Source of the DNA: Nannocystis bainbridge
GTDB taxonomy: Bacteria > Myxococcota_A > Polyangia > Nannocystales > Nannocystaceae
Length of the DNA stretch: 64,000 nucleotides
Direction: 5' to 3'
Assembly: GCF_028368995.1 (NCBI RefSeq)
Contig: NZ_JAQNDL010000005.1
Coordinates: forward strand, 320,001-384,000
Under the pieces are notes generated by a model that was given only the letters and a program-made list of their open reading frames with translations, made no database searches and had not been told where the DNA came from. Shown piece after piece: positions 20,317 through 29,797 of this stretch; position 1 is the first letter of the stretch; every line of letters begins with the position of its first letter. A program made the translations under genes and the position numbers.

Positions 20317-20976
20317 ATGATCACGCTCTATGGTTTCGGACGCATCTTCCCCGAGGGGCACGGCGAGACGAAGGACCTGCGGGCCCAGTGGGCGCTCGAG
20401 GAGACCGGGCTGCCGTATCGAGTCCACGCGCTCGACCACACCGCCGGTGAGCTCGACGGCGAGGCCTTCAGCCGGATCAGCCCCTTTCATCAAGCCCCGG
20501 TGATCGACGACGACGGCTTCATCGTCGCCGAGTCGGCGGCGGTGGTGCTCTACCTGGCCGAGAAGGCCGGCAAGCTGATCCCGGGCGATTTCCAGGGCCG
20601 CACCCGCGTCGTCCAGTGGTGCTTCGCCGCGACCAGCACCGTCGAGCAGACCCTGGTGTGCCTCGATCTGATCGGCATGTTCGACCACGACAAGGCCGCC
20701 CACAAGGTCACCGCGGAGGTGCGCAAGATCGCCGACCGCTGGCTCCGCGACGTCGAGCGCCGCCTCGAAGGCCGCGAGTGGATCGCCTGCGACGCGTTCA
20801 CGGCCGCCGACATCATGCTGGCCTCCGTCCTGCGCGGCGTCCGGAAGACCGACCTGCTGGCGCCGTATCCACGGACCCAGGCCTACTACGCGCGGGCCAT
20901 GGCCCGCCCGGCCTGGCAGCGCACCCTCGGCCTCTACGCCGAGCGACTCGGCGCGAACCTCGACGACATCCGCTGA
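20317..20976 (+). CDS. glutathione S-transferase family protein
   Basis: RAQWALEETGLPY, SPFHQAPVIDDDG, ESAAVVLYLAEK, FTAADI. GGAGG RBS. Confidence 0.95.
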   Translation: MITLYGFGRIFPEGHGETKDLRAQWALEETGLPYRVHALDHTAGELDGEAFSRISPFHQAPVIDDDGFIVAESAAVVLYLAEKAGKLIPGDFQGRTRVVQWCFAATSTVEQTLVCLDLIGMFDHDKAAHKVTAEVRKIADRWLRDVERRLEGREWIACDAFTAADIMLASVLRGVRKTDLLAPYPRTQAYYARAMARPAWQRTLGLYAERLGANLDDIR

Positions 20977-21131
20977 CAGGTCGCCCGGGCGCGGACGATC
21001 CCGCTTTCCCCGCGTACCCACAGTTGCTTCACCACGGCGAAGCTGGCCTCGCCGCCCCGATCGACTTCGCCGTTGTCAGCCGCAATCTCGCGCCCGACCC
21101 GCGGCTCGGCTGAGCCGAGCCCGCCGCCGCG

Positions 21132-21752
21132 TCATTCGGCGTGGAAGATCACCCGCTCGAACGTATCCGACCCGTTGAGATTCTCGTTCGCGCCGCAGCG
21201 ATAGCCGGTCCCGATCTCGTCGCCGAGGGTGTGCCAGCACAGGCGCAGGCTCGAGTTGTCCTCCGGGCCCCCGAATTGCGTGTCGCACTCGGTGCGATTC
21301 ACGCTGTCGCCCGCGCGCGCGAAGCCCCACGAAAAATTGTCGCTGAAGTACCAGGCGACCCCGTTGGCCTCGTGCTTGCCGTCGCCCTGGCTGCCGACGT
21401 CGAACAGCACGTCGGCCCGCTCGCCCATCGCCAGCAGCTGGAAATCGTCCGCGCCGACGGGGCGGCACGCCATGAGCAGCTTGGAGCCGGTACACGCCTC
21501 GCCGAGGATCTCGTCGGTGAGGTCGGGCTCGACCTCGTCGTAGAGATTCGCGAAGCACTCTTCCCAGCCGACGAGGTCGCCCGCAGGCACGTCCTGCTGC
21601 GGTCCCTCGGCCCAGTACAGCTTGTCGTGGTGACCGTCGTCGTCGTCGTCGTCGTCATCATCGCGGTCCGGCACGTCGACCTCGCAATCACAGTCTTGGA
21701 CGTACGGAATTGTGCATAACAAGCTGCTGAGCACGATCGTGGTGTAGTGCAT
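21132..21752 (-). CDS. secreted Cys/Trp-rich hypothetical protein
   Basis: Hydrophobic N-terminus, Asp9 tract, domain ANGVAWYFSDNFSWGF...RLCWHT...GYRCG. GGAGG RBS. Confidence 0.8.
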   Translation of the reverse strand: MHYTTIVLSSLLCTIPYVQDCDCEVDVPDRDDDDDDDDDGHHDKLYWAEGPQQDVPAGDLVGWEECFANLYDEVEPDLTDEILGEACTGSKLLMACRPVGADDFQLLAMGERADVLFDVGSQGDGKHEANGVAWYFSDNFSWGFARAGDSVNRTECDTQFGGPEDNSSLRLCWHTLGDEIGTGYRCGANENLNGSDTFERVIFHAE

Positions 21753-22142
21753 CGAAATCCTCCCTCGGCGATATCCCGCTCGAACTGCCTCGAAGATGCG
21801 ACAGGTCGCAGGGGTAGCAACCATGCAGATTGACGCCGCTCACGGTCCGCCGCAGCGACGCGAGCACGCCGGGCACACAGCGTTCCGTGGATCCGTCGAG
21901 CTGCTCCCGGCGCGTGGGAACGCTCCAGCCCGCTCTTGCCCGCGACCTCAGGGCCACGTGCGCCGGCCACTTGTCAGCGATCGACGCCGCCCGGGGACAG
22001 GCACACGCGCGGCGATCACTCTCATTCTGTTCAGTAGATGCAGACGGAGCCGGCTCGCTCGGTCGAAACTCAAGCGCCCCTCTTCACGGACGAACGCCTC
22101 GCCAGCGTCGCAGCGACCGGGCTCGCGCTATAAGAAGCGACG

Positions 22143-22604
22143 ATGAGCGACCCGCTGCGAATCCCCGTGCGCGCCCCGAACGGGCTCCTGTGGGTGAACG
22201 TCTTTCTCCAGCCCGCGGTGATGCTCCTCTGCCTCTGGCTCGCGATGACCGCGACGACCGACAGCGCGCGAACCCTCATGTGGCAGCTCGTGGCGCTCTC
22301 GACGGCCGGCTTCGTCGGCGCCGCGTGGCTGCTCGCGCGCCGCCGGCGTTCGGAACACGCGATCGTGATCGACGACCGCGCCCTCACGATCCCCGGCGTG
22401 CTCGGCGGCGCGACCGAGGTCGTCCTCGCGTCGATCGAGAGCGCGAGGCTCGAGGTGACCCGCTCCGCGACCGAGACGCTCTCCGTGCTCCGCCTGGAGG
22501 CGAAGAATCGGCCGCCGGTCCTGGTCTCGAGCCGGCTCGTCGGCGCCCAGGCCGTGCAAGCGACCGCCGACTCGCTGCGGGCGCGCGGTGTGCCGGTCGC
22601 CTGA
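22143..22604 (+). CDS. hypothetical membrane protein
   Basis: Two TM helices followed by a soluble beta-rich tail. GC3 bias. Confidence 0.7.
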   Translation: MSDPLRIPVRAPNGLLWVNVFLQPAVMLLCLWLAMTATTDSARTLMWQLVALSTAGFVGAAWLLARRRRSEHAIVIDDRALTIPGVLGGATEVVLASIESARLEVTRSATETLSVLRLEAKNRPPVLVSSRLVGAQAVQATADSLRARGVPVA

Positions 22605-22686
22605 CCGCGAGCACCGGCCGATCCTCCGTCGTGCTCGCCACGGCCTCGCTGCCGCGGCCGCCGAATGCACCCTGACCGCCCCGGGC

Positions 22687-23700
22687 TCAGGGGCAGCTCG
22701 CGGGCGATTCGACGTACAGCTGGCCCAGCTCCGTCAGTTGCCCCGACCCGGCGAGCAGGTCGATCGTCGGCGCCGGGTCGAAGCGGCCGCTGAACCACGA
22801 GTAGCGGGCCACCGCCGGCTCGGCCTCGAGGTATTCGAGCGCCTCCTGCATGTATTGCAGCTGCACCGCGACCGACTTGTCCTCCGCGTCGAGGCAGGAG
22901 AACTCGGTCAGCCAGATCGGCCGCTCGTAGCGCTTCATCTCGCCGATGTACCATTCGAGCGCGGGGCGGTCGCAGGCGTACCAGTGGACCGCGAGGTGGT
23001 CGACGCGGCAATCGGGGCAGGCGGCGAAGAACTCGTCGAACCACTCGAACGGGTCGGTCTTGTTGCAATCGCCGCCGCAGTAGTTGACCGCCGGCGACAC
23101 GATCTCGAGCCCGTGCGCGTCGGCGACCGCCTCGACCTGCGGCCACAGCGCGGCCGCCTCCTGCGGCGTCAGGTTGGCCTGGGCGCCGAAATTGGGCTCG
23201 TTGAACGCCAGCAGGTAGCGCGCCCCGGCCGGGATCGGCGGGTCCTGATCGAGCGAGGCCCCGCCCCACAGCATCGGCACGAACTCGACGTCGAGCGAAA
23301 CGTAATCGCCGACCTCCTGATCGGGCGGGACCGTCCAGTTGTACCACCACGACACCCCGGGCGCGAGCGCGGCCATGTCCGCGTGCGAATGATAGCCGTA
23401 CGCGATCCCCCGCTTGCAGCCCGAGCGATCGACGCCGCCCGAATCATCCGTGCTGCTGCCCTCGCTGGTCGGCCCGTCGCCGCTGGTCGGCCCGTCGCCG
23501 CTCGTCGGCCCGTCGCCGCTCGTCGGCCCGTCGCCGCTCGTCGGTCCGGTGGACGGCCCCCCGCTGCCCGTCGGCGTCGTCGTCTCGCCCCCGCTCGTCG
23601 GGCCCGCGGTCGTCGACCCGGCCTCGCTCGAGTTTCCGCCGTCGTCACCACAGCCGGCCGCCAGCGCCAGCATCAGCCACCATTGTCCGCGCATCATCAT
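22687..23700 (-). CDS. GH128 (Glyco_hydro_cc) beta-1,3-glucanase lipoprotein
   Basis: KRGIAY, SWWYNW, EFVPMLWG, LAFNEPN (acid/base), AVHWY, PIWLTEF (nucleophile), RYSWF. Lipobox LAAGC. Confidence 0.92.
   Translation of the reverse strand: MMMRGQWWLMLALAAGCGDDGGNSSEAGSTTAGPTSGGETTTPTGSGGPSTGPTSGDGPTSGDGPTSGDGPTSGDGPTSEGSSTDDSGGVDRSGCKRGIAYGYHSHADMAALAPGVSWWYNWTVPPDQEVGDYVSLDVEFVPMLWGGASLDQDPPIPAGARYLLAFNEPNFGAQANLTPQEAAALWPQVEAVADAHGLEIVSPAVNYCGGDCNKTDPFEWFDEFFAACPDCRVDHLAVHWYACDRPALEWYIGEMKRYERPIWLTEFSCLDAEDKSVAVQLQYMQEALEYLEAEPAVARYSWFSGRFDPAPTIDLLAGSGQLTELGQLYVESPASCP
23461..23545 (-). repeat. 18-bp coding tandem repeat (SGDGPT)x4
   Basis: GTCGGCCCGTCGCCGCT(C/G) repeated in the GH128 linker. 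Confidence 0.85.
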
Positions 23701-23714
23701 ACCTCGCATCTTTC

Positions 23715-25097
23715 TCAGTTCGGCAGCCGCAGCCCGAGCGCCTCGCCGATCGTCGCCTGCGACACCGCCCCCGGCAACCCCGGCAACAGCGGCGCGAGCG
23801 CGGGCGGGACCTGCTCCGGGTGCACGATCGCCAATTGCACAGTGCGCGACGCCGTGTCCATCAGCACGATGAAATAGCGGTACCCGTCGATCGGCCGGCG
23901 GAACGCCACGCCGGGGCCCTGATTCGGGGTCGCCACCGCGCCCGCGGCCGCCTCGACGTTCTCGCCCTTGTCGATCAGGTCGACCTCCGGCCCCAACTGC
24001 GAGGCGTCGCACCCGTCGCCGCACGGCCCCTCGCCGACGTAGCCGGCGTAGCCGAAGAAGTTGGTGCTGAACACGCCGAAGTTCTGGTACTGGTTGTTGT
24101 CGTTGACGACCTCCCACACGTTGAATTGGCCGCACCCGTCGCCGAGGTACCATTCATCGGGGTTCTTGGCGTAACACTGGCAATTCGAGAACGAGCCCGC
24201 GCGCACCAGCTCGCCCAGGCTGAGGCCGATCCACGGCGCGTTGTACCAATTGCCGGCCATGTCGTCCGAGCACGGCTCGCCGACCGCGTCGGCGTCGGGC
24301 ATGCGCGCCAGCAGCACGAACAGCTTCGAGCCGGCCCAGCCGTCCCAGTCGCCATCCTGCGAGCCCGGGCAGAACGGCTCGCTGCCCGCCCCGCAGGCGA
24401 ACGGCGTCGCGGTCGAGACATTGACGAGACACTCGGTGCCGACGATCCCGTCGAACCCCGTCATCTCGGTCTCGTTGCCCTTGAACGCGACGCCCTGCCC
24501 GTCGCCCGGCCGGCGCTCGTCCCAGCTCGAGGCCAGCGCCCACTGATCGGCACCCTCCGGCTGGTACACCGCGAATTGCTTGAGCTGCAGCGGCCCGCGC
24601 AAGGTGAGGATCAGGTCCTCGTCCCACGGTGTCAGCCCGTCGCCGTCGACCTGCTGCTGCGCCAGGCAGCAAGTGTCGCTCTGATACGCGTCGCACGGCC
24701 CCACCGCTGGATCGCGCCGGCTCGGATACCAGCCCGGTGCGCCGATCTGCTGGAAGGTGATCGTGCCGCCGTGCGACGGCGCGTCGAGCTCGTCGGTGTC
24801 GAACTCGGCCGGCCCCAGGCCATCACCGCCCCCGGTCGGGTCATTGCCAGCGTCGGGCTTGGGCCCCCCGCTCGAGTCGCTGCCGGTGGGGTCCGCTCCA
24901 CCCGTCGGATCGACGCTGCCCGAGGTACTGGTGGGGGGCTCGCCACCCGTCGAAGGCCCGGCGCCGGTCGGCCCGTCACTCGTGGGCCCCGCGCCCGTCG
25001 GCCCTGCCCCGTCCGTCGGCTGCTCCGCGCCGCCCGGGGTGCAGGCGACCATCCATGCCAGCGCGACCGAAGCGTGAATCGACCCTGTCCGCCGCAT
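23715..25097 (-). CDS. DUF2403/DUF2401 (fungal Tos1/YJL171C-like) lipoprotein
   Basis: LTPWDEDLILTLRGPLQLKQFAVY resembles the fungal LSP(F/L)DEE.S.HFRGP..LKQFAVY motif. Also GW.GSKLF..L..MP, NAPWI, CQCY and GCGQFNVWE. Lipobox WMVAC. Confidence 0.8.
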   Translation of the reverse strand: MRRTGSIHASVALAWMVACTPGGAEQPTDGAGPTGAGPTSDGPTGAGPSTGGEPPTSTSGSVDPTGGADPTGSDSSGGPKPDAGNDPTGGGDGLGPAEFDTDELDAPSHGGTITFQQIGAPGWYPSRRDPAVGPCDAYQSDTCCLAQQQVDGDGLTPWDEDLILTLRGPLQLKQFAVYQPEGADQWALASSWDERRPGDGQGVAFKGNETEMTGFDGIVGTECLVNVSTATPFACGAGSEPFCPGSQDGDWDGWAGSKLFVLLARMPDADAVGEPCSDDMAGNWYNAPWIGLSLGELVRAGSFSNCQCYAKNPDEWYLGDGCGQFNVWEVVNDNNQYQNFGVFSTNFFGYAGYVGEGPCGDGCDASQLGPEVDLIDKGENVEAAAGAVATPNQGPGVAFRRPIDGYRYFIVLMDTASRTVQLAIVHPEQVPPALAPLLPGLPGAVSQATIGEALGLRLPN

Positions 25098-25329
25098 CCT
25101 CGACCTCCCGAAGCCGGGTGACTCTACCGCGACCCCGACCGGCGAAGCCATCGCAATCGTCCGAGCGCGCGAATGTAGCCACCACGCAGCACGCATGATG
25201 CAGCGCCCGTGTCCCCGCTTGCCGAGGCTACCGACCGCCGCGCCGGCATGGGCCGCCGCCCGACAGGGGTTCCATGACCCGGGCCCGCGGCCAATGGCAC
25301 CACTGCCGCAGTGCCACGATTCACGACGA

Positions 25330-28300
25330 TCAACGCGGCTCGCTGGCCGCGAGCAGGCCCTCGGGCGTGGCCGGCAGCCGCACCGCGCCGATGGGCGCGC
25401 CGATCACGATCGCGTCCTCGCTGTCGGCGGTGAACGCCAGCTCCACCGGCGTCCCGCCGTGCAGCCGCGCGATCGTCCCGGCGAACGCGCCGTCGTGCGC
25501 CGACCACAGGCCGACCTCGCCGCGCTGATCGGCGATCAGAATCTTCGAGCCGTCAGGCGAGAACACCGCCGATCGCCGCACCCAGTTGCGCCGCCCCTCG
25601 AGCTGCACGCTCGGCGAGAGGTCGTCGGCCCGCCACAGCCGCGCCGCGCCGCTGTCGTCGAGCCCGAGGATCGCGCTGTCGTCCGGCGAGTACTTCGCCG
25701 ATACGATCCGCGCCGCATTGCCGCGCAGCTCGGCCAGCACCTCGCCGGTGCGCGCGTCCCAGACCTTCGCGTCGCCGCGGCTCCCGTGGGCGAACATCTG
25801 CGCGCCGTCGTGAGCCCCCGCGATGCCCGAGAGCTCGCTGCGGAGCCCGTCGAACTGCACGCTCGCGCGCGTCCACGGATCGAGCAGCTCGAACCGCGTG
25901 GTCCACCCGGGGATCACGAGCTGCCCGATCGCCGTGCCCTCGATGCGGCCGTAGGGCAGGTTCGGCCGCCGCAGCGTGTGCAGGCCGCGGCAATCCGCCG
26001 TCGACCACAGGTGCAATGCGCTCTCCGTGTCGACGGTCACCACCGCCTCGGCGTGCGGCAGGAACACCGGCCGCTGCCACATCTCGAGCGTGGTCGGCAG
26101 CGCGCAGCGCAGCGCACCCGTGTCGGCGTCCCACAGCTCGGCGGCGCCGGCGGGCGAGGCCGCGAGCAGCGTGCCGGCGCCCGACAGCACCAGCTTCGCC
26201 ACGTCGTTGGTCGCCTCCGCCGCGAGCAGGGCCCCGTCGGTCACGCGATGCACCGTCACCACCCCGTCGCCGGCCATCGCCAGGCGGTCGCCGGCGACAT
26301 CGATGTCCATCGCCACCGGCGCCCGGGCCACGCGCCAGCGCGCCGGCACGGCCAGCGGCAGCTCCCACACCAGCGTCGGCCCGGCCGCCGTGCCCGCGAG
26401 CAGCTGGCCGCCGTCCGGCGAAAACTGCAGCGACATCACGTCGTCGTACGCGGCCCGCAGCGTCGCCCGCAGCGCCCCGGTCGCGACCTCCCACACCCGC
26501 ACCGTGCCGTCGCCGGCCCCGAGCGCCAGCCACCGCTCGTCGGGTGACAGCGCCGCGGCCCCGTAGTGCGCGACCTCGCCGTCGACGCGCCGGATCATCC
26601 GCCCGTCCTCGGGCGCCCACGCGAACCACGCCCCGTCCATGATGACCGAGATCAGCGTCTCGCCGTCGCCGGTGAACAGCAGCTGCTGCGGCGAGAACGT
26701 CGGCCCGACCGCGCGCTTGACCAGCTTCGGCGCCGCGCCGCCCACGTCCCACATGTAAATGTCCATGTCGTTGCCGGCGACCGCGACGCGCTCGCCGTCG
26801 CCCGAGATCGCCAGCGCCGTGTACATGCGCGCCGACGTCGGCAGGTCGCCCAGCTTGCGGCCGTCGGGCAACGACCACAACCACGCGTAACCGTTGTCGC
26901 CGGTGACGATCCGCGAATTGTCGCGCGAGAACGCGGCCGCGTGGGCCCTCTGCGGCAGCGCGGCGATCAGCGCCCCGGTGCTCGCGTCGCGCACGCGCAG
27001 CTCGCCCTCGGCCAGCGCGGCGATCCGGGTCCGATCGGGCGACATCGCGATCAATTGCTGCTCGTCGCCGAGCCGCGCCGTGATCGCCCCGCTGCGCACG
27101 TCGCGGCGCACCAGCCCGTCCTCGCCGGCGGTGACCAGCGCCCCGTCGGCCGCGACGTCGGCCCCGGCCACCCCCTCCAGCTCGACCAGCCGCTGCCCGC
27201 TGCCCGCGTCCCACAGCCGCAGCGTCCTGCCCTCGACCAGCGTCAGCACGACCTCGCCGCCCGCCGCCCAGCGCGCGTGGTTGACGTAGCGCCCGTCGAC
27301 CGCGCCGTACTGCATCACCACCCGCGGCGCCATCAGCGTCGCCGCCAGCGCCCGGCTGGCCGCCGCGATCGGGCCGCCGGTGCGCAGCGCCTCGCCCGCG
27401 GCCGCCCGCGCGATCGCCCGCGCGGCGTCCGTTCGATCTGTCTCTTCGGACATGTCCTGCGCGCGCAGGATCGACGCCTGCAGCCGCTGGGCGTCGACCA
27501 CCGCCTGGCGCTCGAACGCGCTGCGCTCCGCCTTGTCGGCCTGGGCCGCCGCCTCGCGCTCGGCCTGCTCGGTCTGCGCCCGCGCCTCGGCCCGCGTGCG
27601 CGCCTGCTCGTAGCCCAGCCAGGCCAGCGCCACCCCGCCCGCGAGCGCCAGCCGCAGCCCCGCCACCGCCACCCGGTGCGAGCGGGCCCACAGGCGGGCC
27701 CGCTCGCGCAGCGAGTACGCGTGGGCCGCCACCATCTGCCCGGCCTGGAACCGCCGCAGCTCCTCGGCGAACGCGGCCGCGTCCGGGTAGCGATCGGTCG
27801 GCGCGCGGGCCATGGCCCGGTGGGCGATGGTCGCCAGCTCGCCCGGGATCGCCGGATCGACGCCCCGCAGATCGCTCGGGTGGCCGGCCAGCACCTGCGC
27901 CGCCAGCCCCGTCCCCGTCACCGCCGCGAACGGCGGCTGCCCGGCCAGCACGTGATACAGGATCGCCCCCAGCGCGTACACGTCGGAGCGCACATCGACC
28001 ACCTCGCCGGCCGCCTGCTCCGGCGGCATGTAGCGCAGCGTCCCCAGCACCGTGCCCGCCTGCGTCATGTCCGAAGTGCCATGGTCCAAAGGACCTGCTC
28101 CATCGGACATCTCATTTTCGACCGCCGTCAGGTCCTTGGCCAGGCCCCAGTCGATCACCACCGTCTCGCCGAAGCGACCGACCAGCACGTTGGCCGGCTT
28201 GAGGTCGCGGTGCAGCACCTTCTGCGCGTGCGCGTAGGCGATCGCGTCGGCCACCGCGATCACGTGCTCGACCAGCCGCAGCCGCTGCGGCAGCGTCGTC

Positions 28301-28740
28301 GCCTGCTGGATCTTCGCGTCCAGGCTCTCGCCGTCGACCAGCTTCATGCAGTAGAACGGCTCGCCGGAGGCGTGCCAGCCGAGGTCGTACAGCGGCACGA
28401 TGCCCGGGTGCTGCAGCCGGGCCGTGATCGCCGCCTCGAGCGCGAACCGCCGCTGCGCGTCGGGGCTGGCGCGCAGCAGCTCCTTGACCGCGATCACCCG
28501 CCCGAGCCGGCGATCCTCCGCGCGACGGATCACCCCGATCCCCCCGGCCGCCAGCGCCTCGCGGAACACATAGCGCTGCTCCTCGGGCAGCTCCGGGCGA
28601 GCCGTGGGCGTGAGCGTCGGCGGCTCGGCGGCGTCGGTCAGCGTCGCCGAAGCGTCGGCCAGCGCGGACACGCGGGCGAGCAGGCGGTCCTGGGCGCGAC
28701 GGACGATCTCGGTGGGCGGGACAAGGTAGGGCACGGGCAT
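25330..28740 (-). CDS. Ser/Thr protein kinase with C-terminal WD40 repeats
   Basis: LAAGGIG, IAVK, LHRDLKPAN, DWG, GTLRYMPPEQ, then many WD40 repeats (DGTVRVWE, FSPDG, AKVWD). Confidence 0.95.
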   Translation of the reverse strand: MPVPYLVPPTEIVRRAQDRLLARVSALADASATLTDAAEPPTLTPTARPELPEEQRYVFREALAAGGIGVIRRAEDRRLGRVIAVKELLRASPDAQRRFALEAAITARLQHPGIVPLYDLGWHASGEPFYCMKLVDGESLDAKIQQATTLPQRLRLVEHVIAVADAIAYAHAQKVLHRDLKPANVLVGRFGETVVIDWGLAKDLTAVENEMSDGAGPLDHGTSDMTQAGTVLGTLRYMPPEQAAGEVVDVRSDVYALGAILYHVLAGQPPFAAVTGTGLAAQVLAGHPSDLRGVDPAIPGELATIAHRAMARAPTDRYPDAAAFAEELRRFQAGQMVAAHAYSLRERARLWARSHRVAVAGLRLALAGGVALAWLGYEQARTRAEARAQTEQAEREAAAQADKAERSAFERQAVVDAQRLQASILRAQDMSEETDRTDAARAIARAAAGEALRTGGPIAAASRALAATLMAPRVVMQYGAVDGRYVNHARWAAGGEVVLTLVEGRTLRLWDAGSGQRLVELEGVAGADVAADGALVTAGEDGLVRRDVRSGAITARLGDEQQLIAMSPDRTRIAALAEGELRVRDASTGALIAALPQRAHAAAFSRDNSRIVTGDNGYAWLWSLPDGRKLGDLPTSARMYTALAISGDGERVAVAGNDMDIYMWDVGGAAPKLVKRAVGPTFSPQQLLFTGDGETLISVIMDGAWFAWAPEDGRMIRRVDGEVAHYGAAALSPDERWLALGAGDGTVRVWEVATGALRATLRAAYDDVMSLQFSPDGGQLLAGTAAGPTLVWELPLAVPARWRVARAPVAMDIDVAGDRLAMAGDGVVTVHRVTDGALLAAEATNDVAKLVLSGAGTLLAASPAGAAELWDADTGALRCALPTTLEMWQRPVFLPHAEAVVTVDTESALHLWSTADCRGLHTLRRPNLPYGRIEGTAIGQLVIPGWTTRFELLDPWTRASVQFDGLRSELSGIAGAHDGAQMFAHGSRGDAKVWDARTGEVLAELRGNAARIVSAKYSPDDSAILGLDDSGAARLWRADDLSPSVQLEGRRNWVRRSAVFSPDGSKILIADQRGEVGLWSAHDGAFAGTIARLHGGTPVELAFTADSEDAIVIGAPIGAVRLPATPEGLLAASEPR

Positions 28741-28816
28741 GGCGAACTCCTCGCCGGTGGGGTGTCCGCAGCCAGTATTTCTGATCCCCGGAGATTTTTG
28801 AAAAGTCGCCGGGCGC

Positions 28817-29464
28817 TCACCGCTCGCCGTCGCGCACCCGGCCGAGGTGGGCCTGCAGCTTGCCGTAGATGCTCTGCATGCAGCTGTCGAGCCCGTGCAC
28901 GCTGGCGTCGCGCAGCGCCGGGTCGGCGACCAGCCGCTCGACCGCCTCGCGCAGGCGCGTGCGGGCCCGTTGCAGCCGGCGCGCCACCGTCGGCTGCGGC
29001 ACCTCGAACAGCGCCGCCAGCTCGGCCTGCGTCAGCCCCTCCCAGTCCTTGAGCTCGACCAGGATCTGGTCGTCGAGCGCCAGCGATCGCAGCGCCTGGG
29101 CGACGATGTACTCGAGCTCGCGGTCGGCGAACAGCGCCGAGACCGAGCCCTCGGTCGCCGGATCGATCGCGCTGTGCTCGGCCGGCTCGAACCGCTTGCC
29201 GTGGCGCTGGCGCCGGCGGATGTGCGCCACCAGCACGAAGCGGGCGATCCCGTAGACATAGGCGCGGAACGGGCTGTCGCCGCGGAACGCGTCGCGCCGG
29301 CGGACCACCAGCTCGAACGTCTCCTGCGCCAGATCCTCGCACGCCCCCGCCTCGGTCTTGCCGTAGAAGAAGCGATAGATCGCCGCGTAATAGCGGGTGA
29401 TGAGCTGCCGCCCCGCCTCGGCCTCACCGCCGCGCCATGCCTCGAGGAGCGCCCCTTCGTCCAC
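28817..29464 (-). CDS. ECF sigma factor (kinase-associated)
   Basis: LLEAWRGG, EDLAQETF, FRAYVYGIAR, EGLTQAELA...TVARRLQRAR. Confidence 0.92.
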   Translation of the reverse strand: MDEGALLEAWRGGEAEAGRQLITRYYAAIYRFFYGKTEAGACEDLAQETFELVVRRRDAFRGDSPFRAYVYGIARFVLVAHIRRRQRHGKRFEPAEHSAIDPATEGSVSALFADRELEYIVAQALRSLALDDQILVELKDWEGLTQAELAALFEVPQPTVARRLQRARTRLREAVERLVADPALRDASVHGLDSCMQSIYGKLQAHLGRVRDGER

Positions 29465-29797
29465 CCGCGCATGCTACCGCGCCCCTCGCCCCCGCGCGAG
29501 CCTCTTTGCGAAATCACCGCCCTCGCTCCCGATGACCAACTCCGAGGGAACGACGGCGCGTGACCGATGGCGCGAGCCATGCCACGTCCGCCCGCGTCAC
29601 AGTCGACGACCTCGAGCCGCCCGCGGCGCTCACTTCTTGTCCGCCGACACCGTCCACGATCCGGTGAATCATGCCAGGACATCCCTCGCCGAGCATCGGT
29701 CAAATACGCAATCCGGCGAATCCCCGCGCCTCACGACTCGCGCATGGTCCCGCGAATCACGGCAGTCCCATGATTCGCGGTCTCCTTGTCATCACCG

